From Eledone cirrhosa (taxonomy: Eukaryota): DNA of 64,000 nt. A program made the position numbers and the translations under genes. The notes under the pieces were generated by a model that was not told the origin of the DNA, made no database searches, and worked only from the letters and a program-made list of their open reading frames with translations. Shown here piece after piece: positions 27,456 through 45,235 of the stretch. The stretch covers positions 48,236,001 through 48,300,000 of the forward strand of contig OZ024751.1 in the NCBI GenBank assembly GCA_964016885.1, written 5' to 3'. The number at the start of each line of letters is the position of its first letter. The first letter of the stretch is position 1.

Positions 27456-27679
27456 ATATATATATATACATATATATATAAATATATATATAAAAACACA
27501 CACACAGCAGAAGTAACATGCAGTTTACCAATGTCATTTGCTTTTAGTAGATCAAGTAGACAGTAACATCACAACAACAACAATACGATAACAAAAACAA
27601 TGTCATCCACCATCACCAGGTAAAGATATTGGAAATTACTTATGAATAATTCATCGACATTAACACACACACACACACA

Positions 27680-27801
<122 letters not shown>

Positions 27802-27991
27802 CATACATATACATACACACAGACACAAACAGACACACACACATATACGTATATATATAGATATAAGTAGATCTACAAACGTAAAAATACGCCCATAGAT
27901 TCATATCTAAGTATATATGTATATGTATAAACATGTATATATATATGTATATATATACTTACATTACTTCATACACACACACACTCACTTA

Positions 27992-28044
<53 letters not shown>

Positions 28045-28466
28045 ACACATGTACACATATTCGTGAATACAAATTTAACATCCCTACCTCAAACCCCTTC
28101 TCTCCCCAGACCTCTATACACCTATAATTCTCTTTCTAGATATTCTACCCTAGCACGCCAACACATATAAACCTATATACACACCGGTTTTACAGACATT
28201 AGTATATAGATAAGTATATATAATTCTGTCTTTGTGCATAGTTGAGTACTTATCAAACAATTAAATCGATCAAACGACGTCAAAGTAAAAAAACAAAACA
28301 AAACAAAACAAAAAAAGCAAGTACCCCCCCACTCCCCCCTCCCCCAAAAAACTAACAAAAAACAACAAAACAATAACAATATCTAAAAGAACAAAACAAT
28401 ATATTTATAAGCAATGAGGAAAAAATTGAATAATTGTGGAAAATAAAACAAGTAACATCGTAGATA

Positions 28467-28538
<72 letters not shown>

Positions 28539-28923
28539 ACACACACACACATATATATATATAATATATGTATATATATATATATATGTATATATATGTA
28601 TATATATATGTATGTATGTGTGTGTATGTTATATGGTGAAATATTAAAAATATGTATAGACTATATCAGGAAGAAGCACTTTTGGTGGATGTATTGTCGA
28701 AAAATACTTATAAAGTGTCACTATAATATCTATATATTTTATGCATGTATGTATTTATATGTGTATGTGTGAACATATGAAAGCCTGTAAGTATGAACAT
28801 ATGAATGTGTATATATATTCATGTATGTATGAATGTGTGTATGCATGTATGTATGTATGTAGTTATGTATGTGGTTATGTATTTATGTTGTATGCATGTA
28901 TGTATGTATGTATGTATGCCTGC

Positions 28924-28956
<33 letters not shown>

Positions 28957-28962
28957 TATTTG

Positions 28963-28993
<31 letters not shown>

Positions 28994-29299
28994 GCTACGA
29001 TAGTAAAACCGAAGTCCCACGCGGTGTAAAAAAAACTTGGCAATCTAGTCTCCATGACGCTAGGTTGGCGCGTTAAAGGTATGTCTCTTATTTGCAGCAT
29101 AATAAAATAAAGTGGTTACTGATGTAGGCTGGGATAGGTTTGAGTAGGTTTTGTTGGTTATACTTCGTGATTCTAAGTTTCATGCCATAGAATATCTCCG
29201 GAGGTTAAGTGTAAAGTATATGGATGAACTTATAGTTAGGGCGCTGAAGATGTTTGCAACTTATGAATATATGGTTTTGGTTAATCTTATATGGTGATC

Positions 29300-30241
29300 C
29301 TTTTAGTCAGCCTTTGTTGTATGGTTCCTACTTTTCAGCAGATATTCATTGAAATGTGGACATTGACTGAAGGTCTCTGATCTGGTATTGAAAAAGACAA
29401 CAAGCATACTTCTCAGTTGGGCAAAATTCTCTCTCGTTTACATATTTCGACGATTTTCCACTTCATGATGATGTTTTTAGTATCGAAATAAATGAGATGG
29501 TCTAATTATTTTCTCCATAATAAATTAACGAATGATGTCATATGATTGAAATATCATTGCTTGAATCTACCTTTATTCATACTGATATAGTGATCACGCG
29601 AGTTGTTTGGTATGGTGCCGGAGATATGAATAAGAGGAAGTGCGTTTGTGTTCGTACATGCGCAGTTTGTTTAGGTTATTTTATTTATATTACTTGTAAT
29701 TACGTTTTTCATATTATTGCTGCACCTGTAGCTGAGTTTTACGTTGAATAATCACCGGAAAATGTTTATTAATGGAATAATGTTTATTTATTAAGGTCTG
29801 ACGGGATTTCTTTGCTATATTAAATTCAACTTTTAAAGAGAAAAGAAATGCAAATCAGAAAATATTATGGTTTCCTTTCTTGTTAATATAGATATATATG
29901 GCGGTTTAGGGGCATAATAAAACTTATCTTTGTGTTCGATAACTTGTGCTTTGTTAGATGCAGTTAGATCGAAGGTTTCTGTATTGGATGACAGATTGAA
30001 TATCGTCAACTAACGGCATTGATTAGGTTTGTTAAAACTAAGAACGGATGACAAGAATCTATATTAATCTATGAATGTTTTTCATTGGGTTTAAAATATG
30101 GTTTGCTTTTCTCTGTAATGTGGTTTAGAGAAAAATATAAGAAGTATATGATTCTTAGCGTATTGGTGAGCATTATTTAATAATTCAGGCCCCTATAAAA
30201 AAAACTTTTTATAGGGGCCTGAATTATTAAATAATGCTCAC
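29300..30241 (-). mobile_element. Highly decayed Naiad-type Penelope-like fragment with a terminal hairpin at 30166-30241
   Basis: Manual minus-strand translation gives YFKPNE..INIDSCHP, NLSSNTETFD, INKHFP, SYRCSNNMKNVI, NCAC, YISMNKGRFKQ*YFNHMTSF, WKIV. Confidence 0.75.
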
Positions 30242-30315
30242 ACACACATACTTATATGAATATCTGTGTGTGTGTGATTGTGAATACATATACATATTCA
30301 TGTGTGCCATGTGAT

Positions 30316-30375
<60 letters not shown>

Positions 30376-30384
30376 TGTGTGTAA

Positions 30385-30426
<42 letters not shown>

Positions 30427-30579
30427 ACACAACCACATACATATACATATGCATGTGTGTGTGTGTGCATATATAATAACTATTGTTTTACCTGGGGTCT
30501 ATCTGTATTTCGGTTTCTCTGTTTCTCCCCCTATCTTACTTTGTCTCGATCTTTCTCTCTCTTAATATAGATAAACACC

Positions 30580-30642
<63 letters not shown>

Positions 30643-30740
30643 GCACGCACGCACATACGCACACAAGCACGCACATACACGCACGAGCACACACACGCGC
30701 GCGCGCGCACGCACACACACACGAACACACACACACACGA

Positions 30741-30773
<33 letters not shown>

Positions 30774-31279
30774 CACACGCACACACACACACACAAAAAA
30801 AGTATATATATGAAGAGAGGGAGACAGGTAGAATCGATTGAGAAAGAACTTTGTACACATTTAATATATGCATACATGCATATATTATGTTATATATAGA
30901 TATGCATATAGATAAACAAAGGTAAATGTAATATCTTGAAAATTATAACGCATAAACATAACCATAAACACACATACACACACACACCTACTAACACATA
31001 TTCATACTCTTAATGCACAGACTACCTCAAACACACACACACATGCACACATGTACAAAGACACTCATAATGGGAGTGAGTCTAAATTATTGTTTTCTAT
31101 GTGTGTGTGTATGTATATATATATATATATATAAGTGTATATGTGTATGTGTGTATGAATATATATATATAAGTGCATATGTGTGTGTGTATGAGTATAT
31201 ATATAAGTGTATATATGTGTGTGTGTGTATATAAGTATATATATATATATATGTGTATATGTGTGTGTGTGTATAAGTA

Positions 31280-31310
<31 letters not shown>

Positions 31311-32312
31311 GAATATATGTGTGTTTATATGTACACATCTACGTACATCTGTATGTATGTATATACATACATATATATATATTCACACAGACATGTAAGT
31401 CATACACACATGCTTACATATATAGAATATGCAAATGAGAAGGGACATTTATAATATGCAAATATTCTTCCTTAGAGTTTCATAACGAAAAATACAAAAT
31501 CATTACTCAGTCACACTGACGCACACATGCACATACCAAAATAATCATATATACACACATTCCTACATATATACACAAACACATAAACACGGTCATATTC
31601 ACTCACAGTAAATGGGTCCTCCATCGGTTTCTACGACGTGTATTTTCAGTTGTACAATCGTCTGGAATACCCACCCAATGAAATATTGCATAGATATTAG
31701 TACTGTTAACGTAAACTCCCTTCTCCCCCCCCCCCCCCCCAAAAAAAAACTCACCTTGTGTATAACGAAATTGGCCCTTGCATTCCATAGAGATTGATTC
31801 TGCTAACGTAATACCAATCCCTACCAAAAATTCTCACCTTGACATTCTGTGTATAGAAATTTAATTGTCACTAAAAATATAGACATCTTAACAGAGTTAC
31901 CTATAATATAGAGGGGCAGTGAGAGGGAGATAGGGGGGGGGGATGAGGGAGAGAGAGAGAAGGGGTATTAGGTTGTGTGCAGAGGGAAACTAATGTAACT
32001 TCAGTTATATTCTGTTCTACCAATAGATATCACGAAGATGTTTTCAATTGAAACGCTTCAGTCACTATTCTGAAAATGTACACTGTTGGATTTAATGCAC
32101 AGAAATTAAATGTCATGATACATGATATATTTGTTGATTGTTTGAAGTAAGCATGATAAAATGAAAGTCAGTCAATCATCAAACTGACATTTTTATTTAA
32201 AGTTAGGGCTACCACAAATTCTCACCTACAAACCTGTCAACTCTCTCCGTCCGACGGGGCGATCTCCCACCCCCTTTGGGGAGGGTGAGGGATGTCTTGT
32301 CATGTGAAAATA

Positions 32313-32505
32313 GGCATAGCTGGATTGGCAGTATCGGTAGAGGGTCGAACACCATGCTTTGTAGCATAGAGTTACGTCCCTTTACAGTCTGAGTTCAAAT
32401 CCCATCGAGGTTAACTTTGCCTTTCATCCTTACGGGGTCGATAAAATAAAGTACCAGTAATGCACTGGGATAATTGCTGGCCTTGTGCCAAAAGTAGAAA
32501 CAATT
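32313..32505 (+). mobile_element. tRNA-derived SINE (Meta-domain-like)
   Basis: tggcagtatcggtag...gagttcaaatccc...gcctttcatccttacggggtcgataaaataaagtaccag. Confidence 0.88.
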
Positions 32506-32884
32506 GTGTAAATCTCCCTATTTTACCTCAGTTTTTCCCGTTTCAGGGTACATTTTTTTCATGGTACTCCCTTTTTGGGTTTGGCAGGCTGGCAAGCCTG
32601 CACCCAACAGATGTACATCCTGGGTCAACTCGAGCCAAATTTTAAAGAACCCCCCCCGCCACCATAGATGTTACTCAATGGGATGGAAGAACTCGATTGG
32701 ACCGAAGAACTTACTCTAAACTTAAACATGTGGTGTTTATTGTGATCTATGAGATATTGGGTATATATAAGCATCGGTCCATAGACAATAATAAACTAAC
32801 TATATGTAAACGAAACTTCATTGTTTTCCTATCGAGTGCTTACTTTCGTACCACGATCAGAAATTCACGGAATCACATATACTA

Positions 32885-32976
<92 letters not shown>

Positions 32977-32980
<4 letters not shown>

Positions 32981-33532
32981 GGTTTGAGGTTCACCACTGT
33001 ATAGAGCTGGTCTATTCCGTATGGTCAATCGTAATGCAATAATATAGAGAGTACTCAACGTAAAGCAGTTCAACCGTCTTTGTTTTTGTAGTTGGTGGTG
33101 CTATTACGGAGTTAAATATTATAATGAAATGACAGGAGGCTGGATTTGTGTAAATCCTTGAAAGGTTTATTATACTATGATCATTTCAATGACCGGGTTC
33201 CGTATGAATCCGGTGATATCATCAGGTATTCGAAATATAATACGTGAATGTAATAGGTAAAATCCATGGGGCTGAAAATCGAGACCCGAGGGCGACCGCT
33301 ATTCTGTTCCTTCAACCTCAGCCAGGGCGACCGGCTGAGGTTGAAGGAACAGAATAGCGGTCGCCCTCGGGTCTCGATTTTCAGCCCCATGGATTTTACC
33401 TATTACATTCACGTATTATATTTCGAATACCTGATGATATCACCGGATTCATACGGAACCCGGTCATTGAAATGATCATAGTATAATAAACCTTTCAAGG
33501 ATTTACACAAATCCAGCCTCCTGTCATTTCAT

Positions 33533-33535
<3 letters not shown>
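32977..33535. mobile_element. Palindromic HHR element (family D); 415-bp inverted repeat 33121-33535
   Basis: Mirror arms about an apex at 33324-33332; TA tracts on both sides; HHRs at 33172-33229 (-) and 33427-33484 (+). Confidence 0.88.
33427..33484 (+). ncRNA. Hammerhead motif (family D)
   Basis: atac ctgatga tatcaccgg...ccggtcatt gaaa tgatca ta gtat; palindromic stem III UGAUCA. Confidence 0.78.
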
Positions 33536-33564
<29 letters not shown>

Positions 33565-33569
<5 letters not shown>

Positions 33570-33774
33570 AACGAGTAGGACCCCGACGGCTGAGCTCAAG
33601 CCGTTTCGACGGCTAATTCTGGAAAATGTTTAACCCCGTCCAGAATTAGCCGTCGAAACGGCTTGAGCTCAGGCGTCGGGGTCCTACTCGTTCCTATTAC
33701 CCACTCTACTACCCTAAGTATTGAGTACTTTGGTGCGTTATGGTCCACCTGGTTCCTTACCACATTTCCTCCGT

Positions 33775-33805
<31 letters not shown>

Positions 33806-33865
33806 ATATATATATAACGAAGGAAGTGTGGTAAGGAACCAGATGGACCATAACGCACCAGAGAA
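33565..33865. mobile_element. Family E element: hairpin 33565-33697 carrying the 3' half of an HHR, plus an inverted 3' end across a TA tract
   Basis: gaaa cggcttgagctcag(c)cg tc ggggtc; other copies at 54036-54232 and 61089-61302. Confidence 0.8.
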
Positions 33866-33879
33866 CTTATGTTTACCGA

Positions 33880-34232
33880 ATTCGCAGACCAGACCCCTTC
33901 TTCTTCCCCCCGTTAGACCTGTGCGAAATTCCTTCCTTGCTCACATTTCAACCAGGTTTGATGGTCTTTATTCTCTCGTTCACGATTTCACCGAGTTTAT
34001 ATTCATAGAAATCTGGGACTTGTCTCTTTCTTCTCACTTTCTGTTGCTTAAACCATTTTGTTTGTTCACCCTAACGTTTTCTTTATTTACGTGTCCCAAC
34101 GACTTTTTTTAGCCGTTGTTCACACCAACCTGAGGTATATGGCCCTTAAAGCGATGAAATGCCTAGGACGGTTGGAGGGTCACTGATGAAGGACTTACAT
34201 TTTCATATGTAACCCATTTGCAACGCCGCAGC
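33880..34232 (+). mobile_element. Dispersed repeat (family F) with a truncated HHR 5' half; minus-strand copy at 42235-42880
   Basis: Shared cctgtgcg.aattccttccttgctcacatttcaaccagg...cactgatgaaggact. Confidence 0.7.
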
Positions 34233-34337
34233 TCCATTATTATCATATATACATATATATATATATTCATATATAGAAATATAGAATAAATAGCAGGTCT
34301 GCTTTGTCGTTCTCGCCAGCATTTTAAATATGAAATC

Positions 34338-34400
<63 letters not shown>

Positions 34401-34703
34401 TACAGACACATATATATATGTATATTATATAAATGTGTGTATCTGCATTTTACGTTTAAAATTAATTCTAAACTCAGGTATATTTGGAAGGAACTATAAA
34501 TAAGAAATATAAATACTTACAACGATATATGTTTTCTGTACACAACATAACAACGTTAGATTAACAAGTAAGTAATATAACAACAACAGTAACAACAGCA
34601 ACAAAATATAGTATATAATAGTAACAAGGGGAAGAAATATATACATATACATATATATATCAATATGTGTATGTATATATATATATTTATATATATATAC
34701 ATG

Positions 34704-34795
<92 letters not shown>

Positions 34796-34869
34796 ACAAG
34801 GCATATATATACATATATATGTATATACTACTATCTACCTGTCTGAGGTTAACATTGTTACAACTCCAC

Positions 34870-35790
<921 letters not shown>

Positions 35791-35996
35791 GGGATATTGT
35801 AAATCTTTCCATTAACTAAAATATCTTGCTAAATCTTTTAATGCTTTCGGTAACTTACATTACATAATGAAATGTCTTTACGTTCTGTGGTTCTATTTAA
35901 GCTCATAGTCACATCCATGTTAAATTGTCTTCTTCCAGCCTCCCCTTCTCGCCTGCACTAGCCTCCAGCTCCCCCTCTCTTTATCTCTTTTCTCTC

Positions 35997-36053
<57 letters not shown>

Positions 36054-36795
36054 CCCTCTCTCTCTCTCTCTCTCTCTAGCTCTCTCTCTCTCTCTCTCTC
36101 ACTCTTTCTCGTTCGCTTACTCTCTCACTCTCTCGCCACCGTCATCTCTTTCTCTCTCTCGCTCTCTCCTTGTCCACCTCCCCCCGTCACCTATCTCTGT
36201 CTCTCGTCACCGGTCTCTCTCTCTCGCTCTGTCACCGATTTCCATCTCTCTCTCTCTCTCTCTCTGTTGACACCATCATCATGCTCTCTCTGTCTGTCTC
36301 TCTCTGTCTGTCTGTCCCTCTCTCTCCCGCTCTCTCTCTCTCTCTTACACATACACACGTTCTCTCTCCCGTCCCCGTCATCACTCTCTCTGTCCTTCAC
36401 CCACACTCTCTCTCATACAAACATACTTTCTCTCCTCCCCCTTCACTCTCTCATCTCACCACCATCATCTGGTTATTTATATTTCTAAATACCGAATCAC
36501 TTTTAACTATTTACATGAAACAATCTTCCAATTTTTGTGCGTTTCTAGTATTTTATTTTATTTTTTGTTTTACTGACACAACTGTCAAGGCCATGCTGGA
36601 GCATCGACATCAGAATCTAATCGATAATATGACAAAACTTTTCATTTAACTTCGTTTTTGTCTTCATCTTCTCTTTATGGTGATGTTGTTGTTGTTGTTG
36701 TTGTTTTCCTGCGTTTCTCCTATCTCTCTCTCCGGCCAACTTTCCAGAGCAATCCCTACTTTCACGAAGAAACATATTCATATATTCATATATGG

Positions 36796-36885
<90 letters not shown>

Positions 36886-36891
36886 ACATAT

Positions 36892-36944
<53 letters not shown>

Positions 36945-36971
36945 TAATATACATACATACATATATATACA

Positions 36972-37034
<63 letters not shown>

Positions 37035-37076
37035 GTATATGTATATATATACATATACATATATATACATACATAC

Positions 37077-37198
<122 letters not shown>

Positions 37199-37218
37199 GT
37201 ATATGTATATGTATATGT

Positions 37219-37331
<113 letters not shown>

Positions 37332-37887
37332 CGTGTGTGTGTGTATGTGTATGTGAGTTGCAGGGTGTATATATATATATGTATTAGTAGTAATATTTGC
37401 TGTTGATGTTGCTTTTTCTGTCCGCTTTCTACTGGATTTGTCAACTTAAGTGTAATATAAATCTAGAAGCTAAGAAAATCGCCATTTCTTTCTTTTCCTT
37501 ATTTTATTTGATTTTATACATTTATGAAAATCTCCGGGCTTAGTTTTGCGAGGTGCCAAAGCGTGTTGGTGCATTACACTGCTGTACTGACAGACTATAG
37601 ATCTAGCCAGTTGGCGCTAGATCTATCTACATCTATCTACATCTATCTACATCTATCTACACATATTTCTGATTGTCAAGTCGGCCATTTTGGTTATCAA
37701 TTCAACAAATCCAAAGTGAATAAACCAATGGACATGATATCGTGCCTAAAATTCAATGATCATGCTACCAACGTCCATAATAAAAATACATTAATACTAC
37801 AACGATGAACTAAGACCTAACGTTTTGTTTGTTTCAGATCACGCCCTTCACTCAAGAGTCAGCATTCCACAACTAGCCACTCATCAT

Positions 37888-38062
37888 TGCAGTATCGGTA
37901 GAGGGGCGGACGCCATGCTTTCCAGCATAGTTACGTCCCTTTACGATCTGCGTTCAAATCCCGCCGAGGTTGACTTTGCCTTTCATCCTTACGGGGTCGA
38001 TAAAATAAAGTACCAGTAATGCACTGGGTAATTGCTGGCCTTGTGCCTAAGATAGAAACAAT

Positions 38063-38063
<1 letters not shown>
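37888..38063 (+). mobile_element. tRNA-derived SINE (Meta-domain-like)
   Basis: Same family as 32313 and 54631. Confidence 0.88.
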
Positions 38064-38140
<77 letters not shown>

Positions 38141-38254
38141 TTTACATATATATATATATTTATATTTATATTTTTATATGTACATACATATATAAATATA
38201 TATATATATATATATACATACACATATATATATATATATATATGTCTCTCTCTC

Positions 38255-38310
<56 letters not shown>

Positions 38311-38459
38311 TATATATACATACACACACACACATATATATATATGTTTGTCAGTTTTCTCTGTTGTGTGTGTATATATATACATATGTGTGTATATAGG
38401 CATATATATACATGTGTAAAATTGCCGCCTGTGTTTTGTCTGTTTCATTAGTTAACTAT

Positions 38460-38588
<129 letters not shown>

Positions 38589-38875
38589 CATGTTTGTCAG
38601 TTTTCTCTGTTGAAGATAATCAAAGAATTAAAATTGTCATTAATTACTTGCGAAGTAATTCTGCTGATTGTACGCAGAGAATGTACACACACATATATGT
38701 GTGATTAGGCTAATATATATATATATATATATATATATGTACGTCAATACTCATCTTTTTCCATTTATCTGAGGGTTCTAGACCCCATTATCAGGCTAAA
38801 ATTCCTTTAGTCAAAAATACGGTGAAAGCTATTCTATTTTCTAATTTCAAACCTGGTCACTGTTTCAAAATATAC

Positions 38876-39064
<189 letters not shown>

Positions 39065-39394
39065 TGTGTAGGTGTTTGTGTGTGTAATATATTTTATATG
39101 AAACCTACACCTGTTTATATGTAGAAGCAATACGTATTTCACAGACAATATAATATAGATACCCCATTCCCACATACACTGACACAGACATAGACACACT
39201 CCTGTCACACACATACACACACAGATTCAGATAGCTCCCCCCCGGCATATATTGCAGTTATGTTAGGAGACCGTGTGTGCAAGCGGAAATAGTTTAAATA
39301 ATATCGACATATCGGAAACTGGTGTGACTAACATAAAGTGGAAATATAATACCGCTAATAGACGACTAATCTTTAAATCTTTACTATATATATA

Positions 39395-39516
<122 letters not shown>

Positions 39517-39537
39517 CAAATATATGTATATATATAT

Positions 39538-39616
<79 letters not shown>

Positions 39617-39672
39617 CAAATATATATATATGCATATATATATATATATATATATGTATGCATATATATATA

Positions 39673-39750
<78 letters not shown>

Positions 39751-39767
39751 CTGTATATATATATATA

Positions 39768-39814
<47 letters not shown>

Positions 39815-39830
39815 TGTATATATATATGTA

Positions 39831-39868
<38 letters not shown>

Positions 39869-40548
39869 TATATATATATATATATACGTATTAGTCTCTC
39901 TCTGTCAGATATATGCCTATGTGTGTATGTACCTGTGTGTGTATATGCGTATATGCGTATATGCGTATGTGTGTACCTTTGTGTATGTATGTAGCTGTGG
40001 TTTGTGTGGTTAATACTAATACAATAAATCCGTTCCCTTGCTTCCCATAGCTTATCCGACCGGATATCTGAGATTTGAAAGTAACGGAAAGTGGAAAGAG
40101 CGGGGATTTAAGGCCTTGCATAAATATATACACAGATAGTCCCTCACCCTAACATTGACACAACACATTCCCTCTCTCTTCTCATTTCTTCTTAACTCTC
40201 TCCCCCTACCATCCACACAGATACGCGCGCATGCACATATACGCACAGATGAATACAGACCTGAATAGAGACCTGAGTAAATACGCTTATTAATAATGTT
40301 ATAATTATGTTCTCACGTCCACAAGTTAAAGTGTCCATTGACAATTTATATGCTTTTGCATGTAGAACTAAATCATACAGACATGGATATACACACATAT
40401 ACACACATACAAACACATATACGTCCACAAATATATATACATGCGCACGTACATGGACACGTACATGAAAATATGTCTACATGTATGAAGGTTGGTGCGT
40501 GGCATTAAAGTTTGTATGTATATACAAATATATATATATACGTATGTG

Positions 40549-40730
<182 letters not shown>

Positions 40731-40798
40731 CACTTACGTATATATATATATACATATGTATACATTATATAACATATATATGATATAATATATATATG

Positions 40799-40834
<36 letters not shown>

Positions 40835-41202
40835 TATATTATATATATGTTATATAATGTATACATATGTATATATATATGTATGTATATATATATATAT
40901 ATGTATGATATATCATACATATAATATATCAGGTGGTGCTATTAAATTAGACATGGCCTGGGCCAATACTGGCCGAAACTTATCAAAGTTATCGAAGTTA
41001 TATATATAAGATAGTGCATACCTGACAACTTTATAAAGCTGTGTAAATATACCAGTAACCATGAAATACATAATTTAATTTTTGGTAGTTAATTAATATT
41101 AAATTTTATTAATATTAAATTTACATCTTACACATACGTTATAAAAACAAATGTTCGCATTGAGTACATAAACGTGAAAACCTATATACATATATGTATG
41201 CA

Positions 41203-41278
<76 letters not shown>

Positions 41279-41478
41279 TATGTATATATATATATATATG
41301 TATATACATATATAGATAAATATATATATGTAAGTATATATATATAAATATATACATATTTGTGTATATATATATAAATACACATATATATATATATATG
41401 CATATATATACATACAATATATGTGTGTATATATATATACATACATACATGTATATATGTGTGTGTACATATATATAC

Positions 41479-41535
<57 letters not shown>

Positions 41536-42001
41536 CATACATTCATAAACACTTATACATACATACATACATACATACATACACACATACATACATACAT
41601 ACATACATACATACATACATACATACATACATACATACATACATACATAGATACATACATACATTACATACATATATATATACATATTTAGGTATTTCTC
41701 TGCATTAAGCGGTCATAGCTAATTTCTGAATGCTCTATGTTCAGATATAATTTTAACGTAGACGAGGGCCTCCGTCGTTTGCGACGCCGAGTGTTCCAGT
41801 TCAGAACGTTGCCGTGTGATTAACAACTTTGCTTCACAATAATGACGGGATTATAGGTCGATCCCGCTGTGGAAGTAGCTAGAAGGAACCTACAGAAAGG
41901 ACTCAGTATACTGGATTGGACCTTCGTCTGTTGCGACGAAGAGTGTTACAGTTAATTCTGTTACACTTACGAATGCACAGTCATATATGTATGTGAGTAT
42001 G

Positions 42002-42226
<225 letters not shown>

Positions 42227-42234
42227 TATATATA

Positions 42235-42880
42235 AATAATGTTAGTCCTTCATCAGTGATCTTCCAACCTTCATTGGTATTTCATCGCTTTAAAGACCAT
42301 ATACCTCCGGTTGGTGCGAGCAACGGCCATAGAAAGTCGTTGGGACACGTAAATAAGGGGAACGAGCGAGACTGTAAACAAACAAAGGTGTTAATGCAAC
42401 GAAAAGTGAGGAAGAAAGAGTCAAGTCCCAGATTTCCATGAATATAAGTTCGGTGAAATCGTGTACGAGAGAGAATAAAGACCATCAAACCTGGTTGAAA
42501 TGTGAGCAAGGAAGGAATTCCGCACAGGTCAAACGGGAGGAAGAAGGAGTCCAGTCCCTAATTCGGTGAACATAAGTTCTGTGAAATCGTAGACGAGAGA
42601 GAGAAAAGGAACAACCAGCCTGGTCAAGCGTGCGCAAGAAAAGAATTACGCACAGGTCAAACGGGAGGAAGTAGGAGAGGTAGTAGCAGAGAGTGAGTGA
42701 GTGAAGGGTGAGGAAAAGGCTGACAGAGAGAGTGACTGTTAGAAAGGGTAAAGGGAGGTGAAAGATACAGAGAAAGAGGAAGCAGTAAGAACGAAATAGA
42801 CGGGTCACAGCGGAGGAAAATATATGTGTGAATATGAAAACAAACGTGCTGCGTGGTTGCAAATGGGTTACATATGAATA
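42235..42880 (-). mobile_element. Family F repeat with an internal duplication of about 120 bp
   Basis: Reverse complement of 33880-34232; gtgaaatcgt...cgcacaggtcaaacgggaggaag occurs twice. Confidence 0.7.
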
Positions 42881-42900
42881 TATATATATATATTTATATG

Positions 42901-42932
<32 letters not shown>

Positions 42933-42964
42933 CATATACATGTATATATGTATATATATGTATG

Positions 42965-43009
<45 letters not shown>

Positions 43010-43030
43010 GTATATATATGTATATATGTA

Positions 43031-43063
<33 letters not shown>

Positions 43064-43121
43064 GTGCATATACATATACATATACATATATATGTATACA
43101 TATATATATGTATATATATAT

Positions 43122-43167
<46 letters not shown>

Positions 43168-43447
43168 ACATACATACATGTTGTGTGTGTAGTGAAAGAG
43201 AGAGACAACATGAAAAAGATAGGGAGTGGGAGAGAGAAGGAAGAGAGATAAAAGAGAGGGAGGAATGGATGAGGGGTGGGGGTAAAAGAGACGGACTTAG
43301 AAATAATCGGATTTAGAAAGCTGTTTCAGAAAAGATTGCAGCAAATCTTTGAATGTTTCAGCTTGGTTTAACAGATTTTACAAACTTTGGGTTCAGAAAT
43401 ATTGAAATATATATATATATTTATATATATGTATATATAAATTTATT

Positions 43448-43646
<199 letters not shown>

Positions 43647-43779
43647 CTATACATATATCTATATATATAATTATATATCTATATATATATATATATATAT
43701 ATATACATACATACATACATACATACATACACATATACATATACTTATATGTATATATATATTTATTCAGATATATTTG

Positions 43780-43828
<49 letters not shown>

Positions 43829-43919
43829 CTATATACATAGACAACATACACACACATATGCCAACACACGCATGCACAAACTCATAAAGACAAACACACA
43901 CTCATACACACACACACAT

Positions 43920-43968
<49 letters not shown>

Positions 43969-44201
43969 ACACGTAATACAAAAAAATGATAAATGTAGAG
44001 AACTGGATGGAAATGAGATAATGTTACTGTAATATAATTATTAAATTATGTTTAAATTGATGGACATAATTTTAGTATTGACTCAAGTCAATACATTTGT
44101 AGAAGTCACGTGTAATGGATTGGAACGAATGATTGGATATTTTAGTGGGATTTCCCAGACCAAAAAAATAACTGGCCATATCATACACACACACACGTAG
44201 A

Positions 44202-44806
<605 letters not shown>

Positions 44807-44917
44807 AAGGTTAAACAAGGTTCAATGAATAAATCAAAGAATGAGTTTTACAATAGATTGGACTACCATGAGTGAATCTTAACCATCTACTATGTCACGG
44901 TATGTCATGCATCATCT

Positions 44918-44985
44918 TATTTTATCTGATGGGGGACGTACTGTTGAAGATAGCTCAATACCTCTGAAATATGTATAATAAAATA
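44918..44985 (+). ncRNA. Degenerate hammerhead motif (A9 to G)
   Basis: tattttat ctgatgg ggg...cctct gaaa tatgta ta ataaaata. Confidence 0.55.
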
Positions 44986-45153
44986 TACTTGATCACACGA
45001 ATGTCTATTTTTGTTAATATTTTGAATTAATATATATATATATATACACGTCTGCGTGTGTGTGTATGATATGGGTGTGCGTGTGTGTGTGTACGTGTAC
45101 CTACATACGGTAGTGATTGTTTGTGAGTATGTTTATGTGCTTGTAAATATACA

Positions 45154-45235
<82 letters not shown>

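Noticed and set aside
29540-29590. In-frame TGA as selenocysteine, as reported for some Naiads
   Set aside because: The TGA sits at a conserved Arg (FKxRY), consistent with CGA decay; the Cys motifs of the other relics show no TGA and I saw no convincing SECIS
32313-32410. tRNA genes at B-box motifs
   Set aside because: No cloverleaf; each continues into the shared SINE body
40950-41000. Hammerhead at ggccaatactggccgaaac
   Set aside because: No CUGANGA box; too weak to call
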